NCBI GenBank assembly: GCA_002010065.2
Contig: MTMD02000002.1
Location: forward strand, 192,001-256,000
Source of the DNA: Candidatus Pyrohabitans jungbluthii
GTDB lineage: Archaea; Hydrothermarchaeota; Hydrothermarchaeia; Hydrothermarchaeales; BMS3B
Reading direction: 5' to 3'
Length of the DNA stretch: 64,000 nt
Position numbers and translations under genes: made by a program. Below the pieces are notes generated by a model. The model saw nothing but the letters and a program-made list of their open reading frames with translations, was not told the DNA's origin and searched no databases. Below, piece after piece: positions 9,447 to 20,963 of the stretch (the first letter of the stretch is position 1; each line of letters opens with the position of its first letter).

Positions 9447-9845
9447 CTACGCCAGCGGGTCTACCCTTGCTACCCCTTCAATTTCATCGAAAAGGGAGTC
9501 GGTGGACATAATCTTCTCTCCCTCGTGCAGAACGTGGGCAAGGTGCAGCGAGTCGAAGATGTTAAGCTTTGGATATTTCTCCAGAAGCTCCTTTGAAAGC
9601 TGGAGCACTTCCTCTGTCAGAGGGAGCACCTCTACTCTAAGCTCTCTTACTCTATCAAGCACATCAGTAGCACTGCTGCGCGAATCCTCCCTTAGAAGTA
9701 CTATCTGGCACTCCACTATGGTTATTGCGGAGGTTTTCAGCTTTTCATTCACCTCTCCAAGCTTTTTCTCGACACTTTCCTTCAGCCAGTCACGCTCTTT
9801 GAGCTGGGAAAGGATTACGTCAGTATCGAGGTACACGCCTCTCAA
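9447..9845 (-). CDS. vapC: PIN-domain (VapC-like) toxin
   Basis: VYLDTDV, TIVE, FDSLHLA and STD acidic PIN residues; 132 aa; overlaps the upstream RHH gene. Confidence 0.88.
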   Translation of the reverse strand: MRGVYLDTDVILSQLKERDWLKESVEKKLGEVNEKLKTSAITIVECQIVLLREDSRSSATDVLDRVRELRVEVLPLTEEVLQLSKELLEKYPKLNIFDSLHLAHVLHEGEKIMSTDSLFDEIEGVARVDPLA

Positions 9846-10047
9846 GCCTCTCCTTTATCATTTCATATGCGTACTCTTCCCCTCTCTCGTGGACTCTGCC
9901 CTCCACCAGCAAGAGCAGACGTGCGCCGTACCTCAGCGCCTCAGCGCGGGAGGAGAACATCCCCCTTTTAACCAGCTCGTCTATCTTCTTTACCAGCCCC
10001 TCAGGAAGAGGCACTGGCACAATCACGCGCTTGCCCATGACAACCAC
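9820..10047 (-). CDS. Ribbon-helix-helix (CopG/VapB-like) antitoxin
   Basis: VPLPEGLVKKIDELVKRGMFSSRAEALR RHH signature; directly upstream of the PIN gene. Confidence 0.85.
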   Translation of the reverse strand: MVVMGKRVIVPVPLPEGLVKKIDELVKRGMFSSRAEALRYGARLLLLVEGRVHERGEEYAYEMIKERLERRVPRY

Positions 10048-10050
10048 TTA

Positions 10051-10064
10051 TATACATATGTATA
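10051..10064. promoter_or_regulatory. Perfect 14-bp palindrome, probable autoregulatory operator of the TA operon
   Basis: TATACATATGTATA immediately upstream of the antitoxin start; RHH antitoxins typically bind such palindromes. Confidence 0.55.
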
Positions 10065-10070
10065 AAATAC

Positions 10071-10086
10071 CATTTGCAATGTTGCA
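10071..10086. repeat. Right copy of 16-bp direct repeat flanking the vapBC pair
   Basis: CATTTGCAATGTTGCA. Confidence 0.6.
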
Positions 10087-10116
10087 CCCGCAGTTGTTAA
10101 CCTTCCTGTATCTTAC

Positions 10117-10575
10117 ATGGAAGGAAAAGCATTCTCGCTCGCTGACAGAGAGGTGCTCCGCAGCTACGCCGCCTTCTTGGCAAGAGTGGAGCAGGCGATG
10201 GAGGAGCTAAGGAAGCGGCTCTCCAGGAAATTGGGGCTTATCCAAGCCAGCGATGTGCGCAGCGGGAGAGGTTACGTTTACTTCTGCTCCCTCCGCGGGG
10301 GCGCTGAGATCTGTCCCGGAATAAAATACGGGGAGGAGTTCATAATAAAGCCGGTGCTCTGGATAGCGACGCAGGCGCAGCTTGAAGCACTGGACTATGC
10401 AAGAGATGAGGAGTTTCCAGAGTACTACATTAAAGAGGGCGAGCTTGACGAAGCCTTCTTCGAAAAGAGCTTTGAAAAGCAGGTGGACGAGCTTGAGAGC
10501 TTCTTCGTAGAGGAGGTGCGCAGGCTGAAGCTTCTCGGGATTATAGACGATTTCTCACCCACAGCAATGGGCTAA
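10117..10575 (+). CDS. Hypothetical protein
   Basis: 152-aa ORF with ATG start and host-like codon usage; fills the gap; no motif recognised. Confidence 0.65.
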   Translation: MEGKAFSLADREVLRSYAAFLARVEQAMEELRKRLSRKLGLIQASDVRSGRGYVYFCSLRGGAEICPGIKYGEEFIIKPVLWIATQAQLEALDYARDEEFPEYYIKEGELDEAFFEKSFEKQVDELESFFVEEVRRLKLLGIIDDFSPTAMG

Positions 10576-11120
10576 CTCGAGCTTCCGATGCGTATCCTGA
10601 GCTTTGTCAGGTCTTCCTTAATCTCAACGTCAAATCCCATGCCTGCGAAGACCTCTTCCAGGAAGATCTTGACAAACTTCTTCGCTGTGTCGGACCCAAA
10701 AACTAGGGTGAATTCGTTCTCAGAAGGCGTGCTCAAGGTGAAGAAGTTGCACGCCTCTAAGCGAAGGATGACGTCCCGTGGTGACTTAACTTTACCCTGA
10801 AGCTGCTCCGCATGGGAGCGTGCAACCCTGCGGTGGTCCTCCCAGAACTTCTCGGGGTTGGGGCTCTCCTCTATCAGCTTGAGGAACTGCTGCCAGTGGT
10901 CCACGTCGAGAATAACATGCTCCCCTCCTGCGAGCATGTCTATGTAGAGGTCCAGCTTTTCTTTTTCCACGAGGCGATGCTTGCTGTGCTCCGCGTATAT
11001 TTTCAGCGCATTCCTAAATATCTCGCTCTGAGAAAGCTTTGTCTCCTTCTTAAGCCTTTCAAAAAGCTCTGCGCTCTTAGCGTCGAGGGCTATTGTGACT
11101 CGAGTTGGAACCTTCATCAT
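10572..11120 (-). CDS. CopG/RHH-family transcriptional regulator with C-terminal putative ligand-binding domain
   Basis: N-terminal RVTIALD...SQSEIFRNAL RHH; divergent from amt-glnK. Confidence 0.78.
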   Translation of the reverse strand: MMKVPTRVTIALDAKSAELFERLKKETKLSQSEIFRNALKIYAEHSKHRLVEKEKLDLYIDMLAGGEHVILDVDHWQQFLKLIEESPNPEKFWEDHRRVARSHAEQLQGKVKSPRDVILRLEACNFFTLSTPSENEFTLVFGSDTAKKFVKIFLEEVFAGMGFDVEIKEDLTKLRIRIGSSS

Positions 11121-11188
11121 ACTAACTTCCTCTTCAGCCTTTTAAATATTTACTTCTTAACCTCTTGCAAAGCATGTGTATGTCGTAC

Positions 11189-11225
11189 TTATGAAAACCT
11201 CTTAATTTTTATGAAAACTTCCTAA
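11189..11225. promoter_or_regulatory. Tandem direct repeat (20-bp period) in the divergent RHH/amt promoter region
   Basis: TTATGAAAACCTCTTAA (11189) and TTATGAAAACTTCCTAA (11209), 15/17 identical. Confidence 0.5.
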
Positions 11226-11308
11226 AAATTTGTAATTTTTCTTAAATACCTTTTTATATGCCGATATCAAAAATTTGCCTGTAAAATTTCAAGGAGGTAG
11301 AACAAAAA

Positions 11309-12923
<1,615 letters not shown>

Positions 12924-13076
12924 GCGTCTCCTTTCTTTTTGTTTTTCATATACTTTTGCTTTTATAATTTATGTAAAGTTTATTACGCTTAGTACGTATT
13001 AAAATAAAATGTAAATCTTATTGAAACTCTAATATACCTAACATAACACCTTACTTTCTCTGTTGCACTTAGACTA

Positions 13077-13730
13077 TCACTTCACCCACACCCTCCGCCC
13101 CTCTACCATGTAAACTATCCTCGCCCCGGTCTTAGCTGCTATGTCGCCTATTCTCTCAAGATAGCGAGCCACGAAGAGCAGGTCAGTGGCGTCGTCTATT
13201 TTGCGCGGGTCGCGAACCATAAAGGAGATAAGCTCATTGTAGATCTGGGTGTAGAGATCGTCCAGCAGGTCGTCCTTCTCCACAAGCTTGTCTGTATCCG
13301 GCGAGACGTGCTTAGATATTGCCTCAAGGTCCATGTCAATCATCTCGGCTATCGTGGTTGCCATCCGCGGGATGTCGATCAGTGGCTTGAGCAGCTCCCT
13401 CTTCTCATACTTCTGCGCAATCTCCGCAATCTTCAACGCCAGGTCTGCGATGCGCTCAAAGTTGTCGCTGATCTTTATCATCGCATTCACAAAGCGCAGG
13501 TCTCTCGCCACGGGCTGCTGGAGCGCCATGAGCTTTAAAGCGCTTTCGTCTATGTTCAGGTTGAGAATGTCGCTCTTTTCCTCCAGCTCCCCCACTTTCC
13601 CGGCTTTCTCTACATCCCTCTCCTTAAGCGACTCCACGCTCAGAAGCACCGCCTGCTTCGCAATGCCTCCAAGCTCCAGAACCTCTTCGCGAATCTTCTC
13701 CATCCCCCGCTCTAACGGAGTTCTCGGCAA
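13077..13730 (-). CDS. phoU: Phosphate transport regulator PhoU
   Basis: QQPVARDLR, ERIAD and ARYLERIGD motifs; last gene of the pst operon. Confidence 0.95.
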   Translation of the reverse strand: MPRTPLERGMEKIREEVLELGGIAKQAVLLSVESLKERDVEKAGKVGELEEKSDILNLNIDESALKLMALQQPVARDLRFVNAMIKISDNFERIADLALKIAEIAQKYEKRELLKPLIDIPRMATTIAEMIDMDLEAISKHVSPDTDKLVEKDDLLDDLYTQIYNELISFMVRDPRKIDDATDLLFVARYLERIGDIAAKTGARIVYMVEGRRVWVK

Positions 13731-13732
13731 TT

Positions 13733-14134
13733 TTAACCCTCCATCTCTTCAATCAGTCTGAGCACCCTCGTCTTAATCTCGTCTCTGACTCTGCGGAACT
13801 CCTCTATGCTCTTGCCCTTCGGGTCGGGAAGCGCCCAATCTTCGACCTTGCCACTGCTCAGCAGAAACGCAGGGCATGACTCTCGCGATAGGCAGCCCAT
13901 GGTTACTATTCGCTTTGCCACTGCCGCCATCTCCTGAGTCAGAAGCTTTGGCTTCTCATTGCTTATGTCTATGCCAGCCTCCCGCATGACCTCAATCGCC
14001 TTGCTGCTCACCCTCGGCGCAGGCTCTGTGCCAGCGCTCTCTGCACTGGTTCTCTTCGCAAAGGCGTTGTAAAATCCCTTCGCCATTTGCGAGCGAGCGG
14101 AATTGCCCACGCACACAAAAAGCACATCCATCAT
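13733..14134 (-). CDS. arsC: Arsenate reductase / LMW protein-tyrosine-phosphatase family protein
   Basis: [11 protein letters not shown] (CX5R), TMGC...CP and W.LPDP motifs. Confidence 0.85.
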   Translation of the reverse strand: MMDVLFVCVGNSARSQMAKGFYNAFAKRTSAESAGTEPAPRVSSKAIEVMREAGIDISNEKPKLLTQEMAAVAKRIVTMGCLSRESCPAFLLSSGKVEDWALPDPKGKSIEEFRRVRDEIKTRVLRLIEEMEG

Positions 14135-14889
14135 CCGAACCTCCCTGTAATGTAGTCTTCAGTGCGTTTATCTCTTGGATTTTCGAATATCTGCGCCGTC
14201 TCTCCATACTCTATAAGCTCTCCCATCAGGAAGAACGCTGTGAAGTCAGCGATACGCGCCGCCTGCTGCATGTTGTGGGTGACTATAACTATGGTATAGT
14301 TCTCTTTAAGCTCAAGTATCAAATCCTCTATTTTGGCGGTTGCCACCGGGTCTAAAGCGGAGCACGGCTCGTCGAAGAGTATCACCTCTGGCTCAACCGC
14401 GAGCGCTCTGGCGATGCAGAGGCGTTGCTGCTGTCCACCGCTGAGTGAGAGGGGGCTGTCCTTCAGCCTGTGCTTGACCTCGTCCCACAGCGCCGCCTTC
14501 CTGAGGCTATCCTCAACTATCTCGTCAAGCTTAGCCTTCATGCCGTGAATTTTTGGACCATAGGCGATGTTGTCGTATATGCTCATCGCAGGAAATGGGT
14601 TGGGCTTCTGGAAGACCATACCCACACGCCTGCGAATATCCACGGGGTCGACGTCGCTGTCATAGATGTTCTTTCCGTCCAGCAGTACCCTGCCATTGAC
14701 CCATGCACTGGGAACGAGTTCGTGGATTCTGTTCAGACAGCGTACAAATGTGCTCTTGCCACAGCCGCTCGGCCCTATGATCGCCGTAACCCTGTTTTTG
14801 GGTATGTTAATGCTAATGTTTTTGAGCACATGTGTGCTTCCAAACCCGGCATTTAGATCGAGCACTTCAATTTTGTTCCCCATCACCAT
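14131..14889 (-). CDS. pstB: Phosphate ABC transporter ATPase
   Basis: [32 protein letters not shown] and YITGRFG motifs. Confidence 0.97.
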   Translation of the reverse strand: MVMGNKIEVLDLNAGFGSTHVLKNISINIPKNRVTAIIGPSGCGKSTFVRCLNRIHELVPSAWVNGRVLLDGKNIYDSDVDPVDIRRRVGMVFQKPNPFPAMSIYDNIAYGPKIHGMKAKLDEIVEDSLRKAALWDEVKHRLKDSPLSLSGGQQQRLCIARALAVEPEVILFDEPCSALDPVATAKIEDLILELKENYTIVIVTHNMQQAARIADFTAFFLMGELIEYGETAQIFENPRDKRTEDYITGRFG

Positions 14890-15713
14890 CTCCTTCCTGC
14901 CGCGAGCTTAATGCCTATGTTCAGGACTAATATCATTGCCACCAGCACAAGGGCACTGCCCCAGGCTTGAGCATGCCAGTCCTCAAAAGGCGAAATAGCA
15001 TAGGTGTATATCATCACCGGCAGCGTTGCCACGGGGTTCATTACTCCGTCGAACCAGAAACGGTTGTTAAAGGCTGTGAAGAGCAGCGGTGCAGTCTCGC
15101 CGGCGATGCGCGCGATTGTTAAAAGCACGCCGGTGATGATACCAAACCTCGCCGTAGAGAGCACCACCGCCAAGGAGGTTTTCCACCTCGGCGCGCCCAG
15201 CGCGAGGGAAGCTTCTCTCAGCTCTGCGGGCACCAGCTTCATCGCCTCCTCTGTGGTTCTCACAATGAAGGGTATCATCATTGTAGCGAGGGCCACACCT
15301 CCGGCGAGAGCGGAGAAGCCGCCGAAACGCAGCACGATTAACAGGTAGGCGAAGATTCCTGTAATTATTGAGGGCACACCCGTTAGAACGTCGGCGGTAA
15401 AGCTCACAATTCTGCTCAGGCGAGAGTTTGGAAACTCGGCTAAGTACATCCCAGCACCTATGCCCAGGGGGATTCCAATAATGCTCGCTATCCCGACAAC
15501 AATGAAGCTCCCCTGAATCGCATTTCCAAATCCTCCACCTGCTTCTCTCGCTGGAGTGGGCAGCTTCGTCAGGAAGTCTATGCTTATTACGGAGAAACCT
15601 TTAACAAAAATGGTGTACAGCATGCTTCCCAGGGGGATTATTGCAAGCGCAGTGCTGGCGATGCAGAAGAATGTAAAGAGCCTGTCCATGGCTTTTCTGC
15701 TGAGCATATTCAA
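14883..15713 (-). CDS. pstA: Phosphate ABC transporter permease
   Basis: [15 protein letters not shown] and GETAPL motifs. Confidence 0.95.
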   Translation of the reverse strand: MNMLSRKAMDRLFTFFCIASTALAIIPLGSMLYTIFVKGFSVISIDFLTKLPTPAREAGGGFGNAIQGSFIVVGIASIIGIPLGIGAGMYLAEFPNSRLSRIVSFTADVLTGVPSIITGIFAYLLIVLRFGGFSALAGGVALATMMIPFIVRTTEEAMKLVPAELREASLALGAPRWKTSLAVVLSTARFGIITGVLLTIARIAGETAPLLFTAFNNRFWFDGVMNPVATLPVMIYTYAISPFEDWHAQAWGSALVLVAMILVLNIGIKLAAGRRW

Positions 15714-16675
15714 CTCAGACCCTCCTCAAGCTTGAGGTACTTCCAGGTAATCACCCTTGCTATGATGTTCACCACCATGGATATGGCGAAGAGCACCAGC
15801 CCAATTTCTATTAAAGCCGCGAGGTAGACGTCGTCGGTAGCCTCTGTGAACTCATTCGCAATAACCGCCGCCATCGTGTAGCCCGGGTGGAGTAGAGAGG
15901 TGAAAATCTGCGGGTTGTTGCCTATTACCATGGTCACCGCCATGGTCTCGCCTATCGCCCTGCCCAGGCCGAGCATAACCGCTCCGAATATTGCACCCTT
16001 TGCATAGGGGAGTACCACACTTATAATCGTCTCAAACCGCGTTGCGCCCAATGCAAGGGCGCCCTCCTTCTGCAAACTTGGCACTGCAAGAATAGCCTCC
16101 CTCGAAACAGAGGAAATTATGGGTATAATCATTATTGCAAGCACTAGGCCAGCGGTCAGCACGGAATAGCCGTACGCAGGCCCTTTAAATAATGGCAGAA
16201 AGCCCAGGTAATTCATTAACGGAGGGGCGAGGTGCTCCCTTACGAACGGTGCGAGCACAAATATCCCCCAGAGGCCTATAATCACACTTGGTATGGCTGC
16301 GAGAAGCTCTACCACCGGAGATAATATCGCTCTAACACGCGACGAGGCAATTTCTGTGAGGTACACCGCTATGCCTAGGCTGAGAGGTACGCCTATCAGC
16401 AGTGCGAGCATCGAAGATACAATGGTGCCGTAGATAAAAGGTAAAGCTCCGAACTCGCCGGTAACCGGATTCCAGGCGGTGCTGAAGAGGAACTCTAAGC
16501 CGAAGGTGGACAGCGCTGGCCAAGAACCTTTGATCAGCTCTCTTAACAGCAGGGCCGCTAAAACTATAACGCTGATTATAGAAATAACACCCAGAAATAT
16601 CTGAAATAAGGTATCATGGGTGAATTTCCAACTTTTACCATTTAAAATTGAAAAAGAAGGCACGCGAAGCTTCAT
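15710..16675 (-). CDS. pstC: Phosphate ABC transporter permease
   Basis: ELLAAIPSVIIGLWG and GRAIGETMAV motifs. Confidence 0.96.
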   Translation of the reverse strand: MKLRVPSFSILNGKSWKFTHDTLFQIFLGVISIISVIVLAALLLRELIKGSWPALSTFGLEFLFSTAWNPVTGEFGALPFIYGTIVSSMLALLIGVPLSLGIAVYLTEIASSRVRAILSPVVELLAAIPSVIIGLWGIFVLAPFVREHLAPPLMNYLGFLPLFKGPAYGYSVLTAGLVLAIMIIPIISSVSREAILAVPSLQKEGALALGATRFETIISVVLPYAKGAIFGAVMLGLGRAIGETMAVTMVIGNNPQIFTSLLHPGYTMAAVIANEFTEATDDVYLAALIEIGLVLFAISMVVNIIARVITWKYLKLEEGLS

Positions 16676-16684
16676 CTCCCCACC

Positions 16685-17770
16685 TTACAGCAGTGATTTG
16701 CCCTGGTAGGTTATTAACCTTATGGTTTCTTCGTTGAGTTTCACCACTTCTTCTGGCAGAGGGGCATAGTGAAGCTCCGGCGCATACTTCTGCCCGTCGT
16801 GGATAACCCACCACAGGAATTCCACTAGCGCTTTAGCCTTGGCTTCTGTCATGCCAGGAATCACCGCCAAATCCCTGTAGACCAGCAGATAGGTGAAGCT
16901 GGATATGGGGTATGCATTTTCTCCGGGAGCATTGACTATGCTCACCTTTGCCCAGGATTCGTCGCCCTTGGGCAGGGTTGCAACTGCACCCGCGGCAGCC
17001 GCGGCGACGCTTTCAATGCTGGGCTCGACGAAGTTGCCTGCCCTGTTCTTTATGCGCGCGTAGCTTATGCGGTTCTCAATCGCATACGCAAGTTCAACGT
17101 AGCCTATGGAGTAGGGGTTCTGCTTCACCAAGCCAGAGACGCCCTCGTTGCCCTTACCTCCCAAACCAAGAGGCCAGCTTAGAGACTTGCCCTTGCCCAC
17201 CTTCTCGCGCCACTCCGGGCTCACGGCGGAGAGATAGTCGGAGAACACGAAGGTGGTGCCGCTTCCATCACTGCGGTGCACCACTATTATCTGCTCATCC
17301 GGCAGGTCAACGTGCGGGTTGAGTTCCACTATTCTGGGGTCGTTCCACTTTGTTATCTTGCCCAGGAATATGTCGGCCACAACCTCGCCGCTGAGCCTTA
17401 GCTTGTTCTCAACCCCAGGCAGGTTGTACACCACCACGACGGCGCCGATGGTTTCGGGTATGTGAAGTATGCCCTCCATTTTGCGGTACTCTTCTTCCTT
17501 AAGCGGGGCATCGCTGGCGCCAAAATCTACTGTCTTCGCCATTGTCTGCTTAATCCCGCCGCCGCTGCCTATGCTCTGGTAGTTTATCTTAATATTGGGT
17601 TTCAGCTTGTGGTACTCATAGCTCCACTTGGATATCAGCGGGTAGGGAAAGCTTGCCCCCGCTCCGGTGATGGTTATCTCCTCAGCTCCGGCATCAGCTT
17701 TGCCACCATCTCCAGTGCAGCCAGCGAAGAGCAGCGCAGCAAGTAAAGGCAGTAGTAATACCCTGGTCAT
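16685..17770 (-). CDS. pstS: Phosphate ABC transporter substrate-binding lipoprotein
   Basis: Lipobox FAGC; GASFP, GSGGG, DFGASD and RSDGSGTT motifs. Confidence 0.97.
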   Translation of the reverse strand: MTRVLLLPLLAALLFAGCTGDGGKADAGAEEITITGAGASFPYPLISKWSYEYHKLKPNIKINYQSIGSGGGIKQTMAKTVDFGASDAPLKEEEYRKMEGILHIPETIGAVVVVYNLPGVENKLRLSGEVVADIFLGKITKWNDPRIVELNPHVDLPDEQIIVVHRSDGSGTTFVFSDYLSAVSPEWREKVGKGKSLSWPLGLGGKGNEGVSGLVKQNPYSIGYVELAYAIENRISYARIKNRAGNFVEPSIESVAAAAAGAVATLPKGDESWAKVSIVNAPGENAYPISSFTYLLVYRDLAVIPGMTEAKAKALVEFLWWVIHDGQKYAPELHYAPLPEEVVKLNEETIRLITYQGKSLL

Positions 17771-18128
17771 GTCTCGTCACCTCTCTTTTTATATGGGGTT
17801 GTGTAAGCGGAATTATATATATTGTGTAAATACTATATATACAATATATACTTTAAAGAGATACATATAAGCTATTTATGCGCTGCTTTAGATGTCATAA
17901 AAACAGGTATTGAAAGCCAAAAATTGTATGAGCATATATGAATCCATAGGTTGAAGTATGAGCCCCTTCATATCTCCTGTGAAATCTTCTCAATTAACTT
18001 TATATTTGCTTTTCACCATTTTTGAGTAAAAAGTGGAAAGAATATGAGAGAATCAGTCGCTTTGGTTTGTGAAGCAGTATCCTTTGAAGCAATACCCTTT
18101 AAATCTAAGGCAGAAAGAGGCGAGCGCA

Positions 18129-18818
18129 ATGTGCCGGGAGATTATTGAGGGGCTATACCAGATAAAGGCAAAGAAGCCGGGCTCTCATGCCTACTTAATA
18201 AAAGGAAAGGACCTCACCATACTCGTGGATTCTGGCGTGCATCAGCACATGGCAGAGCTTGAGGAGAGCCTGGCAAGCGCCGGCGTGGCAATAGGCGACA
18301 TAGATATTCTGATCAACACCCACGAGCATTTCGACCACATAGGCGCGAACAAGTTTTTCCAGGATAGCGTAATGGTTGCTGCACACAGAAGCGCGGCTGT
18401 GAAGATAGTAACGGGTGACGAGGAGGTGACCATGTGCAGGGCGCATGCCCAGCATGTGACAGGCTACAAAGTTCACATGTGGCTGAACAACGTAGATTTA
18501 ATCGACGCTGGCGATTTTAAGTTAAAAATTCTCCATACCCCCGGGCACACTTCCGGCTGTCTTTGCATCTATGAGCCCAGAAAACACGTCCTCATCTCTG
18601 GCGACACAGTCTTTGCCAAGGGCACAATAGCGAGTGTCTACAAGTCGGGCAGCCTTGGCGAGTACCTCAACTCCCTGCGCAGGCTTGCCACGATGAAAAT
18701 CCAGCTTCTCCTGCCGGGGCATGGTATAATTTCTGATAACGCCGAGGAAGACATAACAAAGGCGATTGAGAATGTGGAGACTCTCATGAATGAGAGGCGT
18801 AATGAATTACCAGGTTAG
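18129..18818 (+). CDS. Metallo-beta-lactamase-fold hydrolase
   Basis: THEHFDHIG, HTPGHT, SGD and PGHG motifs. Start reassigned to ATG 18129. Confidence 0.9.
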   Translation: MCREIIEGLYQIKAKKPGSHAYLIKGKDLTILVDSGVHQHMAELEESLASAGVAIGDIDILINTHEHFDHIGANKFFQDSVMVAAHRSAAVKIVTGDEEVTMCRAHAQHVTGYKVHMWLNNVDLIDAGDFKLKILHTPGHTSGCLCIYEPRKHVLISGDTVFAKGTIASVYKSGSLGEYLNSLRRLATMKIQLLLPGHGIISDNAEEDITKAIENVETLMNERRNELPG

Positions 18819-18878
18819 TTTTCCAAACCGGAAACATAATCTTTATCTAATAAGGATAGTGAAGATACACCGAGGGGG

Positions 18879-19292
18879 ATGGTGGCTAGCGTAGAAGATG
18901 TTATGACACCGGCGGTTAAGACGGTAGAGCGCTACGCTTCAGTGCTTGAAGCAACCAAGATAATGGAGGATATGCTCCTCGGCGCTCTCGTAGTAGTGGA
19001 GCGCAGTAGAGCTGTGGGCATAATTACAGAGCGGGATGTTATTCATCGCGTGGTTAACGCTGGCCTTGACCCTAAGCGCACGAGCGTTGGCGAGGTGATG
19101 AGTTCGCCCGTTGTCACGATAACCCCTGAGGCTTCAATAGAGAAGGCAGCGCAGGTAATGGTGGAGAAGAGAATAAAGAAGCTGCCTGTGCTGAAAAATG
19201 GCCGTCTAGTGGGAATTATCACCGCCACCGACATAGTGCGCGAGGTTCCCCACCTGCGTGAGGAGATTCTCACCACATTTAAGAAGCTTTAG
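18879..19292 (+). CDS. CBS-pair protein
   Basis: GIITERD and GIITATD repeats. Confidence 0.9.
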   Translation: MVASVEDVMTPAVKTVERYASVLEATKIMEDMLLGALVVVERSRAVGIITERDVIHRVVNAGLDPKRTSVGEVMSSPVVTITPEASIEKAAQVMVEKRIKKLPVLKNGRLVGIITATDIVREVPHLREEILTTFKKL

Positions 19293-19322
19293 GAAATAGT
19301 CCATCATTTCAATTGGCTTGTT

Positions 19323-19700
19323 TTATTTAGTGCAGTATTCAATCCATTCACACCTGCCGCAAATTTCAGGAAGCTCGCTCTTCGGAATTTTTTCGACGAG
19401 ATTTGAGACTTCCTGGTAGCTCATTTTCATTCCAATGCTGAGCTTCAGCTTTGATATAACCATACCGTCCAGCTCCCTGACCTTATCTTCGCTGTTCTCC
19501 GACTTCAGGCACTTTTCGTTCTTGAAATGCGGACAGGCTTTGCAAATCTCATCGCCGCCATCGACTATTTCAATTGCTGGATTTTGCTCTAGCCTTCTCA
19601 TAACTTCCCTGAAATTTTCAACAAAGCTCTCGCTGTATCCCTTGCCCTTAAACCCGCGGATGCAGAGCAGGTGGTGAGGGCGAAGCTTAATTGCGTCCAT
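19323..19700 (-). CDS. DUF1284-like Cys-rich protein
   Basis: LRPHHLLC..F.GKGYS..F, D.IC..CP and ICGRCEW..C motifs. Start ATG 19700. Confidence 0.8.
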   Translation of the reverse strand: MDAIKLRPHHLLCIRGFKGKGYSESFVENFREVMRRLEQNPAIEIVDGGDEICKACPHFKNEKCLKSENSEDKVRELDGMVISKLKLSIGMKMSYQEVSNLVEKIPKSELPEICGRCEWIEYCTK

Positions 19701-19862
19701 GTAGCTGAATTGCATATGCAACAGATAAAATTTTCATAACCTGAACTTTCCAGGCAGCGAATAAACATAGCTCATCGCATTGCAGAGAGGACTATTCGCC
19801 TTCCTTTTGTGTTTTTAATCCCTATGAAGTTAAATATATAAACCACGGAGTTAATCTAAAGC

Positions 19863-20606
19863 ATGGGCGATAGCATGATTATCGATGCTCATGTGCATCT
19901 GGGGGGTCCCGATAAGGGGGATGGCTCAAAGCAGAGTGTGGAGGAGCTTCTGGAGCGCATGCAGAAGGCTGGCGTTGATAAAGCTGTGGTCTTTCCCTTC
20001 AACGAAGCCGAGCCCGGTATAAGCTTTGCCAGCGCCAACAATTTTATAGCCAAGGCGCAGCGGGAGCATGCGGAGCGCATAATTGGCTTTGCCCGCTTAG
20101 ACCCGCACTTCCGCGAGGCGTCTATAATGGAGGCGAAGCGCGCCCTCCGCGAGCTTGGCTTAAAGGGCATTAAGCTGCACCCCGCGGCGCAGAAATTCTA
20201 CCCGGACCACCCCTTTGTGATTAGAATCATCGAAGCTGCGGCGCGCTTCTCTGCGCCTGTGGTCTTCGACAACGGCAAACCCGAAGCACAGAACATGGCT
20301 ATTGCAGCCCTCGCTGACCGCGTGCCCGAGGCTACGATTATCTTAGCCCACATGCGGGGCGAAGGGTTCATCGAGGCCTGCGAGGGCAGACCCAATGTTT
20401 ACCTGGGTACGGTTAAGGCAGACCCCAAAGATGTGCTGGAAGCTGTGGACAGGCTTGGGGCGGAGAGGATAATCGCTGGCAGCGATGCTCCGTATGCGAG
20501 CATGCAGTATGAGATGGTGGACAAGTTCGAGGAGCTTGAGAGCCTATCTGAGGAGGAGAAGGCGCTGATTCGCGGGGGCAACATTGCGAGGCTTCTCGGG
20601 CTTTAG
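19863..20606 (+). CDS. Amidohydrolase family protein (Amidohydro_2-like)
   Basis: IDAHVH, GIKLHP, ILAH and GSDAP motifs. Confidence 0.88.
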   Translation: MGDSMIIDAHVHLGGPDKGDGSKQSVEELLERMQKAGVDKAVVFPFNEAEPGISFASANNFIAKAQREHAERIIGFARLDPHFREASIMEAKRALRELGLKGIKLHPAAQKFYPDHPFVIRIIEAAARFSAPVVFDNGKPEAQNMAIAALADRVPEATIILAHMRGEGFIEACEGRPNVYLGTVKADPKDVLEAVDRLGAERIIAGSDAPYASMQYEMVDKFEELESLSEEEKALIRGGNIARLLGL

Positions 20607-20894
20607 CTAGCCCCCTGCTATGGCTGGCACTATTGTTATTACGTCGCTGTCCTTTACCTCTGTATCCTCTCCGGCTAAGTGGTTTATTCCAACGCCGTTA
20701 ACCATGAAGATAAGCTCTCGCCTCAGCCTCCCATCCTTAAATAGAAGCTCATAAGCTTCGGGTTTCCCCTCGCACAGCCTGAGAAGCACTTCTTTAAGCT
20801 TCTGCTTCCCATTCACCGGGATTTCCACGCTTTCAGCCCCGAGAAGGTTCTGGAGCACATAGTGCAGGGATACTTCTATTTTAACCATGCCCAC
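20607..20894 (-). CDS. MoaD/ThiS/SAMP-family ubiquitin-like sulfur carrier
   Basis: Beta-grasp pattern (VNG, D.ITIVP) with C-terminal di-glycine AIAGG. Confidence 0.9.
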   Translation of the reverse strand: MGMVKIEVSLHYVLQNLLGAESVEIPVNGKQKLKEVLLRLCEGKPEAYELLFKDGRLRRELIFMVNGVGINHLAGEDTEVKDSDVITIVPAIAGG

Positions 20895-20963
20895 TCACCC
20901 AAGCTCAACATAAGGAAATTTTATAAAGCATGATTGAAATACCAAAGCTAAGGAGGTAAGATC

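Noticed and set aside
18819-18835. TTCC-N5-GGAA as an NrpR operator
   Set aside because: Wrong orientation and spacing relative to GGAA-N6-TTCC, and not at a nitrogen gene.
19295-19796. 8-bp inverted repeat AATAGTCC/GGACTATT around the DUF1284-like gene
   Set aside because: Too short to exceed chance; no target-site duplication or transposase.
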